Shown here piece by piece: positions 20,555 to 31,523 of a DNA stretch of 58,472 nt. The stretch is from Candidatus Latescibacterota bacterium (GTDB lineage: Bacteria; Latescibacterota; UBA2968; GCA-2709665). The translations under genes were made by a program, and so were the position numbers. Location of the stretch: positions 1 to 58,472 of the forward strand of contig CAXXJS010000014.1 in NCBI GenBank assembly GCA_963662665.2. Reading direction: 5' to 3'. Position 1 is the stretch's first letter, and each line of letters opens with the position of its first letter. The notes under the pieces are model-generated. The model was not told the DNA's origin, did no database searches, and saw only the letters and a program-made list of their open reading frames with translations.

Positions 20555-22564
20555 ATGTCCATGGCATCGAAAAAATCGGCGGAATCTGACGCCGAATCGT
20601 CCTCCGGATCGGATACCGGACAGAATCGGGGCGTTACCGTAAGATCCATCGTCTACGGGCTCTTCCTTTCGGTGGCCATCGGTATACTGGGCGACACGGT
20701 TCGCTACATCCTCCATGCGTCGTTTATGGCATACAGCCATATGCCCATGGGCAACCTGATCCTCAACCTGGTCTCGATCATTCTCTGTTCGGTGCTGGCG
20801 TACAAGTTCGGCCGGCGGTTTTTCTTCTCATCTTCCGAATGGATCACCATCTTCTGCATGGGTTTCATCAGTTCCCTGGGCCCCACCTACGGGATCGCCG
20901 GATACCTCGTGGGAGTTATGGTCGCACCGCACTATTTCGCAACCCAGGAGAACGAATGGGCGAGGTACCTTCACCCCTATCTCCCAAAATGGCTGATACC
21001 CCAGAACGACGGCAATGCAATGGCCTGGTTCTACGAGGGCCTGCCGCAAGGCGCGTCCATTCCGTGGGGTGTCTGGGCCGTGCCGCTGTTCTGGTGGTTC
21101 ACCTTTATTTGCGCGGTCGCCCTGGCCGTATCCTGCCTGTCCATCATTTTCCGCAAGCAGTGGTCCGAACACGAGCGCCTCGTTTTCCCCGCAATGGAAC
21201 CCATTATAGAATTCACCACGAACGCCGGAACGGGCAAACGATGGCTCCCTGAATTCATGAAGGGCAAAGCGTTCTGGGCCGGATTCATGCTCACCACGTT
21301 CGTGTTCGGCTGGAATATGATCGCCTGGTTCTATCCCCAGTTCCCCCGTTTTCCCACGGCTTCGGCCCGCTGGACGTTTTTCTCGCGCGATTTCCCGCCC
21401 GGCTTCTTCTTCTTGAGTACGGTTGTTATCTGCTTTTCGTACTTCGCCAGCCTCGAGATCCTCTTCAGCCTCTGGTTTTTCGATGTTCTGTTCATACTTG
21501 AGGGTGGTATCCTCAGCGGATTCGGCGTATCGGCCATCTCACCCTACTATGGCCGAGGGCGCTACATCTGGCAAACGGCGGGCGGCTTTACGGCCTTTGC
21601 CCTCTGGGCGATGTGGGTCGCGAGACATCACCTGCGCGACGTCGTCCGCAAAGCGCTCAACCCGGATCGACCGACGCCGGACGACAGCAAAGAGCTGCTG
21701 TCGTGCCGGCACGCCGTACTGGGACTTCTGGTCGGTTGCCTTTATATGGCGTTGTGGCTGGGTTGGATCGGCATGCAGGTGAAGGTCATCGTGCTACTCA
21801 TCCTGTGTATGCTGATCGTCTATACCACCGTTGCGAAGATGCTTGCGGACTCGGGCATTGTCTATCTGAACCCGCCCACGTCGGCGTGGGGCCTCGTCTC
21901 CCGGTTTCTGGGCGGCTCCCACACCTTTACCGCCCCCACAAAAATGGCGCTTGGTCTTTCCTCGCGGGCGGTCAATCACTATCGCGGCCTCACCATGGGC
22001 ACGATGGCCCATATCAACCGCCTGGCCGAAAATCTGCCGAACGGCAAACAGCGCCTGTTCGGAGCGGTTTGTGCGGCATTTGTGGTTGGAATGGTCACCT
22101 CCACGCTTTACACCGTGTGGCTCGGCTACACCATTGGCGGCTACAATGTGCAGCCCAACTGGCTTATCATCAGCGCACCCATCGGACAGATACGGGGCAT
22201 CGCAAATTCCATCAAAGCCTTCGACCTCCCGATCGAACGGGTCAACTACTGGTTCTTCCTTGCCGGCGCAGCCTTCATGGCCGTCCTGAATCTGATGCGG
22301 TATCGCTTCGTATGGTGGCCGCTGCATCCGATCGGGTTCGCCCTGTCCGGTACGGCGCTTTCACGGCTCACCAGTGCGACGATCTTCGTCGCGTGGCTGG
22401 TCAAACTGACCATGCTCAAACTTGCCGGCGCCGCCTTCTACCGGAAATCGAGACCCTTCTTTATCGGCATGCTGGTCGGTTACATTCTGTCCGTTGCCGC
22501 GGGCGTTGTCGTGGATGCCGTCTGGTTCCAGCCAGACGGGCACGTGGTGCATAAGTGGTATTAA
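20555..22564 (+). CDS. Polytopic membrane protein, DUF6785/DUF6784-like
   Basis: Many TM segments; IPWGVWAVPL, KQWSEHERLVFP, WWPLHPIGF, WLVK...PFFIGM family motifs. Confidence 0.8.
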   Translation: MSMASKKSAESDAESSSGSDTGQNRGVTVRSIVYGLFLSVAIGILGDTVRYILHASFMAYSHMPMGNLILNLVSIILCSVLAYKFGRRFFFSSSEWITIFCMGFISSLGPTYGIAGYLVGVMVAPHYFATQENEWARYLHPYLPKWLIPQNDGNAMAWFYEGLPQGASIPWGVWAVPLFWWFTFICAVALAVSCLSIIFRKQWSEHERLVFPAMEPIIEFTTNAGTGKRWLPEFMKGKAFWAGFMLTTFVFGWNMIAWFYPQFPRFPTASARWTFFSRDFPPGFFFLSTVVICFSYFASLEILFSLWFFDVLFILEGGILSGFGVSAISPYYGRGRYIWQTAGGFTAFALWAMWVARHHLRDVVRKALNPDRPTPDDSKELLSCRHAVLGLLVGCLYMALWLGWIGMQVKVIVLLILCMLIVYTTVAKMLADSGIVYLNPPTSAWGLVSRFLGGSHTFTAPTKMALGLSSRAVNHYRGLTMGTMAHINRLAENLPNGKQRLFGAVCAAFVVGMVTSTLYTVWLGYTIGGYNVQPNWLIISAPIGQIRGIANSIKAFDLPIERVNYWFFLAGAAFMAVLNLMRYRFVWWPLHPIGFALSGTALSRLTSATIFVAWLVKLTMLKLAGAAFYRKSRPFFIGMLVGYILSVAAGVVVDAVWFQPDGHVVHKWY

Positions 22565-22625
22565 GGTTTCCGGACCGCTGAAAGAACGATGTGATCGAAA
22601 TCCTTATTCTGATGCAGGGATCCTG

Positions 22626-25600
22626 GTGAAAAAAAACAACATCACCCTCGGCCTCGTCATCCTGATTGTCTTTCTCGGATTGACCCTGGTTTCGCCGCAG
22701 GCGCTTACCGACCGGCTGTTCGACTGGTTTAACATCCGGTATCCGGAATTGCCGCCAACCAGGGCTGCAACCGGCCAGCAGAAATTGGCGGACACCATCG
22801 TCGCCCGGATCACGCCGGACGATATCGAATCTCGTCTGCTCCAACTCAGCACCGCGGGTTCACGGGTGGTGGGCTATCCGGGCCACAAGGCCGCATCTCT
22901 CTACATCCAGGAAGAATTCGAACGCGTTGGCCTGGAAAACGTCTCCGTTGAAACCTACGACGTCACGTCGCCGGTAGACAAAGGCGGCAGTCTCCGCATC
23001 GTGGGCGAGCCGGATGTCATCCCAATACATGCGGTCTGGCCCAACCTGGTCCGCACGTCCACGCTGCCAGGGGCCGGACTGAGAGCGCAGCTTATTGACG
23101 CCGGTGACGGCGAATTCGCCGATTTCACCGGCCGGGAACCGGGCGGCAGCGTCGTTCTTATGGACTTCAACTCCTGGAATCGCTGGATGAATGCCTCCAT
23201 GCTGGGCGCCAAGGCAATCATCTTCGTCGCTCCGGACTCCACCACGACGGCGGAGGCAGAGCAGAAATTCTTCCAGGTTCCGATTAACGCGCCTCGCTTC
23301 TGGATCGACAAGCCAGATGGAGAGCGACTCCGCCGGCGCCTTGCCGCGGGGGAACGAATCGAAGTGGAGTTGAAGGCGCGAATGGACTGGGAAACGCACC
23401 CAACCCAAAACATCATTGGCTGGATTACGGGTACGGATCCCCAGCTTCGGGAACGTGTTGTACTCATTGACGCCTATTACGACGCGATGTCCGTCGTCCC
23501 CGCCCTCGCCCCCGGCGCCGAGCAGGCATCCGGTATTGTGGCTCTGCTCGAAATGGCTGAATACTTCCGGGCGCATCCGCCAGCCCACACCGTCCTCTTC
23601 CTGGCCACCTCCGCGCACAATCTCGGTTTTCGCGGCGTCTGCGACTTTCTGGGGAGGCATGCCCGCAAAGAGGAACACTTCGCCGCAATGATGACGGATC
23701 CTATCGACATCCGGCTGTGGATTTCCCTTGAACTTTCATCGCAAACCGACCAGATGGCCGTTTGGAACGGGTCCACCGCGTTCTACTTTCAGCGTTTTTT
23801 TACACCGCTCGGCAAACTTTTCAGCAACCTCGGCGCGGATCTTGCGCCGGCGTTCGGAATGGATGCAAAGCGGTCTCTCGTAGACGGAATCAACCCCCCG
23901 TCGGGCATGAGTTGGAGCATGTTCATTCCCGGTGGAAAAATTAAGACCGATTCGCAAGTCGTGCTCACCGCGGGTATGCCGACAATTGCCTTCGTGACAA
24001 TCAACGACGCGCGATTCAGGGTTGATACGCCCCATGACACCGTGGAACAGGTCAATCTGGCGAACCTGACGAATCAGATCCGGCTGCTTACGGCGGTGCT
24101 AAGCAAGGCCCTTAACGAGCCCGCGTTCCTGCCCGATTACCGGGTCAAGATGAAAGATCGGATGCGCGCCCTGAAGGGGCGCCTCCTCACCTATCCCCGG
24201 CGCAGCATCACGCCGGATCGGCCGCGCAGAGGCGCCATGGCTGTCCTCCGAATGTCCCATGAAAAATCAGTCAAGGGCGTACGTGCGACATTCTACGATC
24301 AGGCCAACGAGAACGGCGAGTTTTACGTTCCCGGCCTCGCGGTTCGCCGGGTTGGCCTGGATGCCTATCACCTGGACCCCGAAAGCGGCGAAATCACCTA
24401 CGCTTCCGATCGCGGGCAGAACGCCCGGATTTACAAACCCGAATTCGGTATGGACTGGTGGATTACCCGCGCCACGCGCATCATGTTTCCCTGTGTTTCA
24501 ACCGACTTCTACGAAACCGTAGATCCTCGTTACCTGACCAAGCTCCCGAATCTAACCATTTACGGCGACGGCAACGTTACGCCACAGGAATATGGCTATA
24601 CGCTGGGTTACGGAACCAACGAGCCGGTCGGCGTCGTCTTTACGCCTCCCGGCGCGAAGCTCAAGCTTTCCATGCACACGCGCGGCATCGGCATCCGCTA
24701 CCTGCTCCTGAACGCAACGGATACGACAAGCGTGGAAGCTGCGCGAAAGAGCGGGTTCGTGGCTGCCACCCACGGTGCAATCACACACACCGCGTACCAG
24801 GCCGCAAAGGACATGTGGATCCTGAATCACGCCAGAATGCGTGAACTTCAGGCCTACGGCATCGAAAACGACCGTCTTGCCGATCTGCACGAACGGGCGA
24901 GAGAACATCTGGATCAGGCGGTCGCGGCCAGGCGGCAACTGCGTTGGGACGATTTCGTGAGGCACTCCCGGGCCGCACTCGGGCTCGAGTCGCGCGCGTA
25001 TCCCGACGTTAAGGGGACGCAGAACGACGTGATCCGCGGCATTATCTTCTTTATGGCCCTGGTTCTTCCGTGTGCTTTCTTTGCCGAACGGCTGATTTTC
25101 ACCGCCGTGGACATCCGATGGCAGATTGTCGGATTCGCGGGCATTTTCGTGTTCATCTGGGTCTTTCTTTCCCTTGTCCACCCGGCATTCGACCTTTCCA
25201 ATCCTTTCGTTATCCTTCTTGCCTTTGTGCTGATGTCGTTAGCCATCTTCGTCATCAGTCTGGTTTTCTCCCGCTTCAACAGCCAGATGCGTAACCTCCG
25301 CACTGAGGCCGCCATTATCCACGACGTCGACGTGGGCCGGATTTCCGCCTCGCTGGCGGCCTTTCAACTTGGTATTGCCAACATGAAGCGGCGCAAGCTC
25401 AGAACGCTGCTCACCTTTTCCACTCTCGTCCTGCTCACCTTCACCGTGTTGTCGTTCACCTCGATCAAGTCCCAGCTCAGCTACCACCAGATCGAACGAG
25501 ACAACCTCGGGACTTACCCCGGAATGCTCATTCGAAGCAAGTACTGGGCGCCGTTGGAGGAGTCCGTACTCGATTACGCCCAGGCCAACTTCGGAAAAGA

Positions 25601-27164
25601 AGCGGTTGTGGCCCCGCGAAGCTGGTACGCATCCAAGGAGAAAAAGGCCATCCAGGTCGTGTCGGACAGCGCATCGGCCAACGCCCTTGGCATTGTCGGG
25701 CTGACCGCGCAGGAGACCGACGTGATCGGCATTCAAAACTCCCTGTCGGCGGGCCGATGGTTCCGTCACGGCGAACGCAACGTTACCGTGTTGCCGCAGG
25801 CAATGGCCGACCTCCTGAAGATCAGCGCGTCCGACGTCGGACAGACTGAAGTACGCCTCTTCGGGGAGCGGTTCAGGGTGGTCGGACTGATTGACGCGGA
25901 ACGCGTGAAAGACCTCGAAGACCTCGACGGCGAGCCACTCACGCCCGCGGATTTTGTCCTGACCGATGAGAACGTGTTTATGCAGATGGCCCAGCAGGAA
26001 AGGCGGGAGAAAGCCGGCCTGGAAGAGACCGACGTCGAAATCATGGAATTCGAACACCTCGACCCGGCAAACGTCATGGTGGTCCCGTACCAGACCCTCA
26101 GGGAAGTCAACAGCCCGCTTCAGGCAGTTGCCGTGCGGTTCACGGATCCATCGGTGGTGAAAGCGCGGGTGGAAGACTTCGTTTCGCGGCTCTCGGTTGT
26201 ACTGTTCGCTGGGATACCGGAAGTCTCGCCGGAGGGAAAGATCGGGCGCATTTCCGTTTCCGTCTACTCGTCGTACGGTCACGCTTCGGCCAAGGGCCTG
26301 AGCAACCTGTTTGTTCCCATCGCCATTGCCGCACTGATCGTGTTGAACACGATGATGGGGTCGGTGTACGAACGATTCCGCGAAATCGGGATTTATTCCT
26401 CGGTCGGCCTGGCGCCCGTACACATCGCGTTCCTGTTCCTCGCCGAGTCCTGCGTGTACGCGGTACTTGGCGCGGTCTCCGGCTATCTGGTCGCACAGGG
26501 GGTGTCCAAGGTCTTGCTCTGGCAGGGGCTTCTGGAGGGGATCACCGTCAACTATTCCTCAATGTCGGCCATGGCCTCCTCCACGCTCGTTATGCTCGTC
26601 GTGATCCTGTCCACCATCTACCCCGCCCGGCGAGCCTCGCAACTGGCGGTTCCGGACATCACGCGGCGCTGGAGGCTCCCCGAGCCGGATGCGGACCGCT
26701 GGCAATTCGAATTTCCGTTTACCATTGCCGGCAACGAAGTCCTGGGGCTGTTTACTTTTCTCACCCGATACTTCGACTTTCACACGGAAAGCTCGATGGG
26801 TACCTTCTTTACACACGGGGCGAACCTTTCCACGTATGACGCGGGTGGGGACCGCGGGTATCGGATTGACACGACCATCTGGCTGGCGCCTTTCGACCTT
26901 GGAGTCAGCCAAACCATCCGCCTGTCGTCCACGCCAACGGACGTCATCGGAATCCACGCCCTGGAAATCACCATTGACCGGTTATCCGGCGACCTGGCCT
27001 CATGGAAACGATGCAACCAGCGCTTTATGAACCAGATCCGAAAACAGTTTCTTATCTGGCGTACCATCCCGGAAGAAAGCCAGCGTCAATACAGGGACGA
27101 CGGCGATGAACTGATCATCAGGGGCAACACGGCCTCTCCGCAATCCGTCGGGGGGAACGCCTGA
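22626..27164 (+). CDS. Giant M28-peptidase-like/PA domain + FtsX/MacB-type permease fusion (~1510 aa)
   Basis: N-terminal anchor; SRVVGYPG, NIIGWITG, DAYYD..PGAEQASG; TM bundle; NMKRRKLRTLLT; SVYERFREIGIYSSVG FtsX motif. Confidence 0.85.
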   Translation: MKKNNITLGLVILIVFLGLTLVSPQALTDRLFDWFNIRYPELPPTRAATGQQKLADTIVARITPDDIESRLLQLSTAGSRVVGYPGHKAASLYIQEEFERVGLENVSVETYDVTSPVDKGGSLRIVGEPDVIPIHAVWPNLVRTSTLPGAGLRAQLIDAGDGEFADFTGREPGGSVVLMDFNSWNRWMNASMLGAKAIIFVAPDSTTTAEAEQKFFQVPINAPRFWIDKPDGERLRRRLAAGERIEVELKARMDWETHPTQNIIGWITGTDPQLRERVVLIDAYYDAMSVVPALAPGAEQASGIVALLEMAEYFRAHPPAHTVLFLATSAHNLGFRGVCDFLGRHARKEEHFAAMMTDPIDIRLWISLELSSQTDQMAVWNGSTAFYFQRFFTPLGKLFSNLGADLAPAFGMDAKRSLVDGINPPSGMSWSMFIPGGKIKTDSQVVLTAGMPTIAFVTINDARFRVDTPHDTVEQVNLANLTNQIRLLTAVLSKALNEPAFLPDYRVKMKDRMRALKGRLLTYPRRSITPDRPRRGAMAVLRMSHEKSVKGVRATFYDQANENGEFYVPGLAVRRVGLDAYHLDPESGEITYASDRGQNARIYKPEFGMDWWITRATRIMFPCVSTDFYETVDPRYLTKLPNLTIYGDGNVTPQEYGYTLGYGTNEPVGVVFTPPGAKLKLSMHTRGIGIRYLLLNATDTTSVEAARKSGFVAATHGAITHTAYQAAKDMWILNHARMRELQAYGIENDRLADLHERAREHLDQAVAARRQLRWDDFVRHSRAALGLESRAYPDVKGTQNDVIRGIIFFMALVLPCAFFAERLIFTAVDIRWQIVGFAGIFVFIWVFLSLVHPAFDLSNPFVILLAFVLMSLAIFVISLVFSRFNSQMRNLRTEAAIIHDVDVGRISASLAAFQLGIANMKRRKLRTLLTFSTLVLLTFTVLSFTSIKSQLSYHQIERDNLGTYPGMLIRSKYWAPLEESVLDYAQANFGKEAVVAPRSWYASKEKKAIQVVSDSASANALGIVGLTAQETDVIGIQNSLSAGRWFRHGERNVTVLPQAMADLLKISASDVGQTEVRLFGERFRVVGLIDAERVKDLEDLDGEPLTPADFVLTDENVFMQMAQQERREKAGLEETDVEIMEFEHLDPANVMVVPYQTLREVNSPLQAVAVRFTDPSVVKARVEDFVSRLSVVLFAGIPEVSPEGKIGRISVSVYSSYGHASAKGLSNLFVPIAIAALIVLNTMMGSVYERFREIGIYSSVGLAPVHIAFLFLAESCVYAVLGAVSGYLVAQGVSKVLLWQGLLEGITVNYSSMSAMASSTLVMLVVILSTIYPARRASQLAVPDITRRWRLPEPDADRWQFEFPFTIAGNEVLGLFTFLTRYFDFHTESSMGTFFTHGANLSTYDAGGDRGYRIDTTIWLAPFDLGVSQTIRLSSTPTDVIGIHALEITIDRLSGDLASWKRCNQRFMNQIRKQFLIWRTIPEESQRQYRDDGDELIIRGNTASPQSVGGNA

Positions 27165-27256
27165 TGCGTACACGGTCCACCCTTCCCTGCCGGTCAACCC
27201 CCTCACCCGCCGACCCGGCGCAAACCTGCAACTGCCGGCAATTGGAGCGTTGATCG

Positions 27257-28573
27257 GTGCCACTGGGGAGACACATTCTGGTGGACCTTTACGGGTCTCC
27301 CGCATCGGTACTGGACGACGTGATCCGCATAGAAGCAAGCATGGTTCGTGCGGCTCGCGCGTCGAACGCCACGGTCATCAACACTTCCTTCCACCGCTTC
27401 TCTCCCCACGGCGTCTCCGGCGTGGTCGTCATCCACGAGAGCCACCTGTCCATCCACACCTGGCCAGAACATGGTTTCGCCGCCATCGACGTGTTCACCT
27501 GCGGCGACACGATCAACCCCTGGCAAGCGTACGAATCGCTTAAATCCGACCTGGGCGCGGCTCACGGCACAACCCGTGAAATCGACCGGGGACAACTCAA
27601 TGCCACGGCTCAGGCCCACGCTGGGCCATCGCAGACAGCGACGGAAGCGCCTCCCGCGCAAATCCGCAACCTCTGGTTCACCAGGAGAGACGAACACATC
27701 GCACTCTCGCTCAGACACGCGGGAGCACTATTTCAACACCAGTCGCCCCATCAGAAGATTGAAGTCCTTGACACCTACGGATACGGCAGGATGCTGGTGA
27801 TCGACGGGGACGTTTCGTTCACGGAACACGACGAGCACATCTACCACGAGATGATCGTCCACGTGCCAATGCAGACCCATCCACACGCGAAGCGGGCTCT
27901 TGTCATCGGAGGAGGCGACGGCGGGGCCGTGAGGGAATTAATGCGCTACGAGCGGATCGAACAGGTCGTCGTCGTTGAACTCGACGCCGAGGTTATTGGC
28001 GCCTGCAGGCAGTACTTTCCGGCCCTTGCGCCGGCCTTCAAAGATCCCAGACTCTCGCTACATATCGCTGACGGTTTCGCCTTTATAAAATCCTGTCCCG
28101 CCGAATCGTTCGATCTCGTCATTGTCGACGTCGCAAACCCCTCCGGCCGGTCCCCGCAACTCTTTTCGGAGCCGTTCTACCGTTGCGCTCGGGACATACT
28201 CCGCTACGAGGGCGTGATGGTTGCGCAAACCGAACCACCCGCGCTCAACAGCCGGACCTTCGCATCAATATACAGGCGCCAGGAGTCGGTTTTCGGTCCG
28301 GAAAACGTACACTGTTACCTCGCCTGCATTTCGACGTATACGACCGGCCTGCTCAGCTTTTCCTATGCCGCAAAGCGATGCGGGGACCCGCACAGCCCCC
28401 TCGATCCGGTGAATGCCCGCCGATTCTCTGAAGCTCACGGTCTGCAATACTACAACGACGAAATACACCGTGCAGCTTTTGTCCTTCCCGCCTTTATCAG
28501 ACGTCTTTTGCATGACGAAACGCCCACGCGGGCGTGTTCCAATCCACAGGATCCGGGCGTGAACGTCACGTAA
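27257..28573 (+). CDS. speD-speE: S-adenosylmethionine decarboxylase-spermidine synthase fusion
   Basis: [22 protein letters not shown] pyruvoyl site; [23 protein letters not shown]. Confidence 0.92.
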   Translation: MPLGRHILVDLYGSPASVLDDVIRIEASMVRAARASNATVINTSFHRFSPHGVSGVVVIHESHLSIHTWPEHGFAAIDVFTCGDTINPWQAYESLKSDLGAAHGTTREIDRGQLNATAQAHAGPSQTATEAPPAQIRNLWFTRRDEHIALSLRHAGALFQHQSPHQKIEVLDTYGYGRMLVIDGDVSFTEHDEHIYHEMIVHVPMQTHPHAKRALVIGGGDGGAVRELMRYERIEQVVVVELDAEVIGACRQYFPALAPAFKDPRLSLHIADGFAFIKSCPAESFDLVIVDVANPSGRSPQLFSEPFYRCARDILRYEGVMVAQTEPPALNSRTFASIYRRQESVFGPENVHCYLACISTYTTGLLSFSYAAKRCGDPHSPLDPVNARRFSEAHGLQYYNDEIHRAAFVLPAFIRRLLHDETPTRACSNPQDPGVNVT

Positions 28574-28762
28574 TATCGCGAGCGTCGAAGCCGGCTTCCG
28601 GTGAACGGCCGTTCTTGTGCAACCTGGCCGCCGCCCGATCCCTGCGACGATACGACGCGGGTTCGTTAACTTTCCGGTTGACAATGACCGTGCTCGACCG
28701 TAGCTTCTGCGACTATCGCGATCTCCAATTCGTTTCTGAGGAGAGAAAGGAAGAAAACGATC

Positions 28763-29308
28763 ATGGCAGACGGCCGACCCGCAACGTTCGGCCCGGCTGA
28801 CGCCCCGGCCGGCAGAGTCGGATTCGGCAGGCGGTTCGGGGCATTAATAGTCGATCTGATCATTATTTCGACCATTACATGGATCGTCAGATCCGTCACG
28901 GGCGAGGACGAAAGCGTTCACGGATCCGGATTACACGATCTGTCCAGCCTGGCGCAGGTTGTGGCCGGTGTTGGTCTCGCCGTAGCGCTCGTTCAGCTCC
29001 TTTACTGGTTGATCGAAGGCCTCACCGGTGCGTCCCCGGGAAAGATGATTCTAAAGATTAGAATTGGCGAAGCCGGCGGCACTCCGGCCGCCCCGGCCAC
29101 GCTCCTGCTTCGCATGGTTATCAAGCAGATCAACGTCGTTGCGGCATTCCTGGTCGCGCTTACGGGAAGTCACCTGTTGGCGTGGGTGGGACTGGCTGGC
29201 GGTTTCATCGTCGCGATTGGATGCTTCCTCGCCCTCGGCGCCGCGAGACAGGCGCTTCACGACAGAATTGTCCAGACCGCCGTGTTTTATGCGGGAACCC
29301 GTGCCTGA
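28763..29308 (+). CDS. RDD-family membrane protein
   Basis: GFGRRFGALIVD, GASPGKM, QALHDRIVQT. Confidence 0.88.
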   Translation: MADGRPATFGPADAPAGRVGFGRRFGALIVDLIIISTITWIVRSVTGEDESVHGSGLHDLSSLAQVVAGVGLAVALVQLLYWLIEGLTGASPGKMILKIRIGEAGGTPAAPATLLLRMVIKQINVVAAFLVALTGSHLLAWVGLAGGFIVAIGCFLALGAARQALHDRIVQTAVFYAGTRA

Positions 29309-29371
29309 ACCGTTTCTCGATTTCGAAATTCTCCCTGAGCGGTGTGTTCATGGGAGAATTTTCTATACTCT

Positions 29372-30145
29372 ATGGGAACATCCGGCGAATTGAGGTGCGT
29401 CGGGAAAGACCGCCCGCCGCAGACGCATACGGTCGATACCCTCAGCAGCGACCTGAGAAACCTCGGAATCGAATCGGGCGACACCCTCTTCATACACTCA
29501 TCGTTCAAGAGCCTCGGACGGGTCGACGGCGGTGCGTCCACGGTCGTGCGGGCCCTGGAGAATGCGACGAATCCCGATGGCCTCATCCTGATGCCCTCGT
29601 TCAATCTCCTGGAGGATACCCGGCGGCGCGCTGAGACGTGGAACCCGAACACGACCCCCTCGACCGTGGGCTGGCTCACCGAATTTTTCCGCGCCATGCC
29701 CGGAACGTATCGCTCGGATCACTATTCCCACTCCGTTGCCGCCCGCGGCAGAAACGCCCGGACGTTCGTTGCCGGCCATCGTGACAGAAAAGGGCGTTCT
29801 TCTCCGTGGGACCGCGATCCGTGGGGGAAAACCTACGGCGACAATTCCCCCATGGTCCGTGCGTACGCGGGCGGCGGCAAACTGCTCATGCTGGGGGTGA
29901 CGTACGAGACCTCCACCTTTATTCATCTTGTTGAAGTCATCTGCTGGCACCGGCGCCTCGAGAATGAACCCCACGCCGGATATGCCTGGATCAACAGGAT
30001 GGCGCTTGGCGCGTTCTGGGACAAAAACGGACGGCTCAACCGGGGCCGCGTCGGCAATTCCCGGGCCAGGCTTTTTTCCATTGAAACCTATGTCGATTCC
30101 CTCGTTGCCGAATTTGAGCGCGCGCCCGAGACCTACATGAAGTGA
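29372..30145 (+). CDS. AAC(3)-family N-acetyltransferase
   Basis: GDTLFIHSSFKSLG, LMPSF, RSDHYSHS, TFIHLVE. Confidence 0.85.
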   Translation: MGTSGELRCVGKDRPPQTHTVDTLSSDLRNLGIESGDTLFIHSSFKSLGRVDGGASTVVRALENATNPDGLILMPSFNLLEDTRRRAETWNPNTTPSTVGWLTEFFRAMPGTYRSDHYSHSVAARGRNARTFVAGHRDRKGRSSPWDRDPWGKTYGDNSPMVRAYAGGGKLLMLGVTYETSTFIHLVEVICWHRRLENEPHAGYAWINRMALGAFWDKNGRLNRGRVGNSRARLFSIETYVDSLVAEFERAPETYMK

Positions 30146-30358
30146 CCGGTCTCTTCAATGAAGAGCGCTTCCTCGGCTTTTTCGTGCGGTTGCGTAAGCA
30201 GGCGTAAGATCCGACCATAACAGGCGTACGGGATTCGGCCGGGCCGAAACGGATGAGCCCCGCCAGAGCAGGCCGACGGCCCCGACGGGTTCGAGATCCT
30301 GAAACCGCGGCGGGGCCCGCTGAAATTCAACGGAAATCGGCACAGGAAGGAGGTCGTC

Positions 30359-30607
30359 GTGACGCCTGTACAGGCCGCATCGCTGATCAACGCACTGGAA
30401 ACCCTCATGGACGCCATCGCGAAAAAGGCGCCGATCGGGGACCACCTGGTTCAACTGTCCACGCTCCAACGAGAACTTTCGCACGTCGCGTCCCCGCAGC
30501 TGAATCATTTTCTGCAGAACAGAAGCTATACAAAGGCGCTTGAATACCTCCGGAACGGTGTGGTCATTGAGGACCCCCGCCGCCCCGACTGCGACGACGA
30601 CGTATAG
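30359..30607 (+). CDS. Small hypothetical protein
   Basis: AGGAGG RBS + GTG; helical, LNHFLQNRSYTKALEYL. Confidence 0.65.
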   Translation: MTPVQAASLINALETLMDAIAKKAPIGDHLVQLSTLQRELSHVASPQLNHFLQNRSYTKALEYLRNGVVIEDPRRPDCDDDV

Positions 30608-30696
30608 TCGCACGTATGCACCGCGGGACTTCCCCGGATCCATTTTACATCCCCGGGATCCGAGCCTTCCATTACGCAACGCAGAAAGGTGTTGCT

Positions 30697-31464
30697 ATGG
30701 TAAAGAGTATCCGCCAACGCGCGCTGGACCGCAAAGTCCTGGCAGGTACGTTCCTGAACCTGGGTTCCGCCGTCACGGCCGAAATCGCCGGCAAGAGTGG
30801 TCTCGACTGGGTTCTGATCGACATCGAACACGGCGCCTCAGACCTGGAAACCCTGCGTGTACAGCTTCAGGTCGTGTCCGGTACGCCGGCTGTGCCCATT
30901 GTGCGTATTGCGGCAAACGAACCCCCCCGGTTCAAGCGTGTGCTGGATATGGGCGCGTCGGGCGTTATGGTACCGTACGTGAGCACCGTGGCCGAAGCCC
31001 GGCAGGCGGTGGCATCGAGCCGCTATCCCCCGCGGGGCATTCGCGGCGTTGCCAAGTTGAACCGGGGCAGCGAGTTCGGCCGGGATTTCGATGAGTATTT
31101 CGAAAGGTCCCACGACCTCCTGCTCACCGTTGTACAGATCGAAACTCCGGAGGCCGTGAACGGCATCGACGATATCGCCTCGGTAGACGGCGTGGACGTC
31201 CTGTTTATCGGACCCCTCGACCTCAGCGTCAACCTGGGGATTCCGCAGCAATTCGACCATCCGAGGTTTCTGGACGCCAGGGCCAGGGTCTCGGAAGCCG
31301 CGAGACGAGCGGGCAAGGCCGCGGGAATCCTGCTGCTGGATCCGGGTCACGTCGACCCCGCGGTCCGGGACGGGTTTACGTTTATTGCGCTTGGGTCCGA
31401 CGGCGGCCAGATCGCAGCCGGCATGCAGAACGTCTCGGCGGCATTCGACCCCCACAGGGCGTAG
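30697..31464 (+). CDS. HpcH/HpaI-family aldolase
   Basis: DWVLIDIEHG, YPPRGIRG, QIET, LFIGPLDLS. Confidence 0.92.
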   Translation: MVKSIRQRALDRKVLAGTFLNLGSAVTAEIAGKSGLDWVLIDIEHGASDLETLRVQLQVVSGTPAVPIVRIAANEPPRFKRVLDMGASGVMVPYVSTVAEARQAVASSRYPPRGIRGVAKLNRGSEFGRDFDEYFERSHDLLLTVVQIETPEAVNGIDDIASVDGVDVLFIGPLDLSVNLGIPQQFDHPRFLDARARVSEAARRAGKAAGILLLDPGHVDPAVRDGFTFIALGSDGGQIAAGMQNVSAAFDPHRA

Positions 31465-31523
31465 CGGCAAAGCGCCACGGCCCTGCGGTGAACCGGCCGG
31501 CACGGGCGTGGAGAACGTTAATT

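Noticed and set aside
29372-30145. Acquired aminoglycoside resistance gene
   Set aside because: Core-like context and composition; AAC(3)-fold homologs often have other substrates
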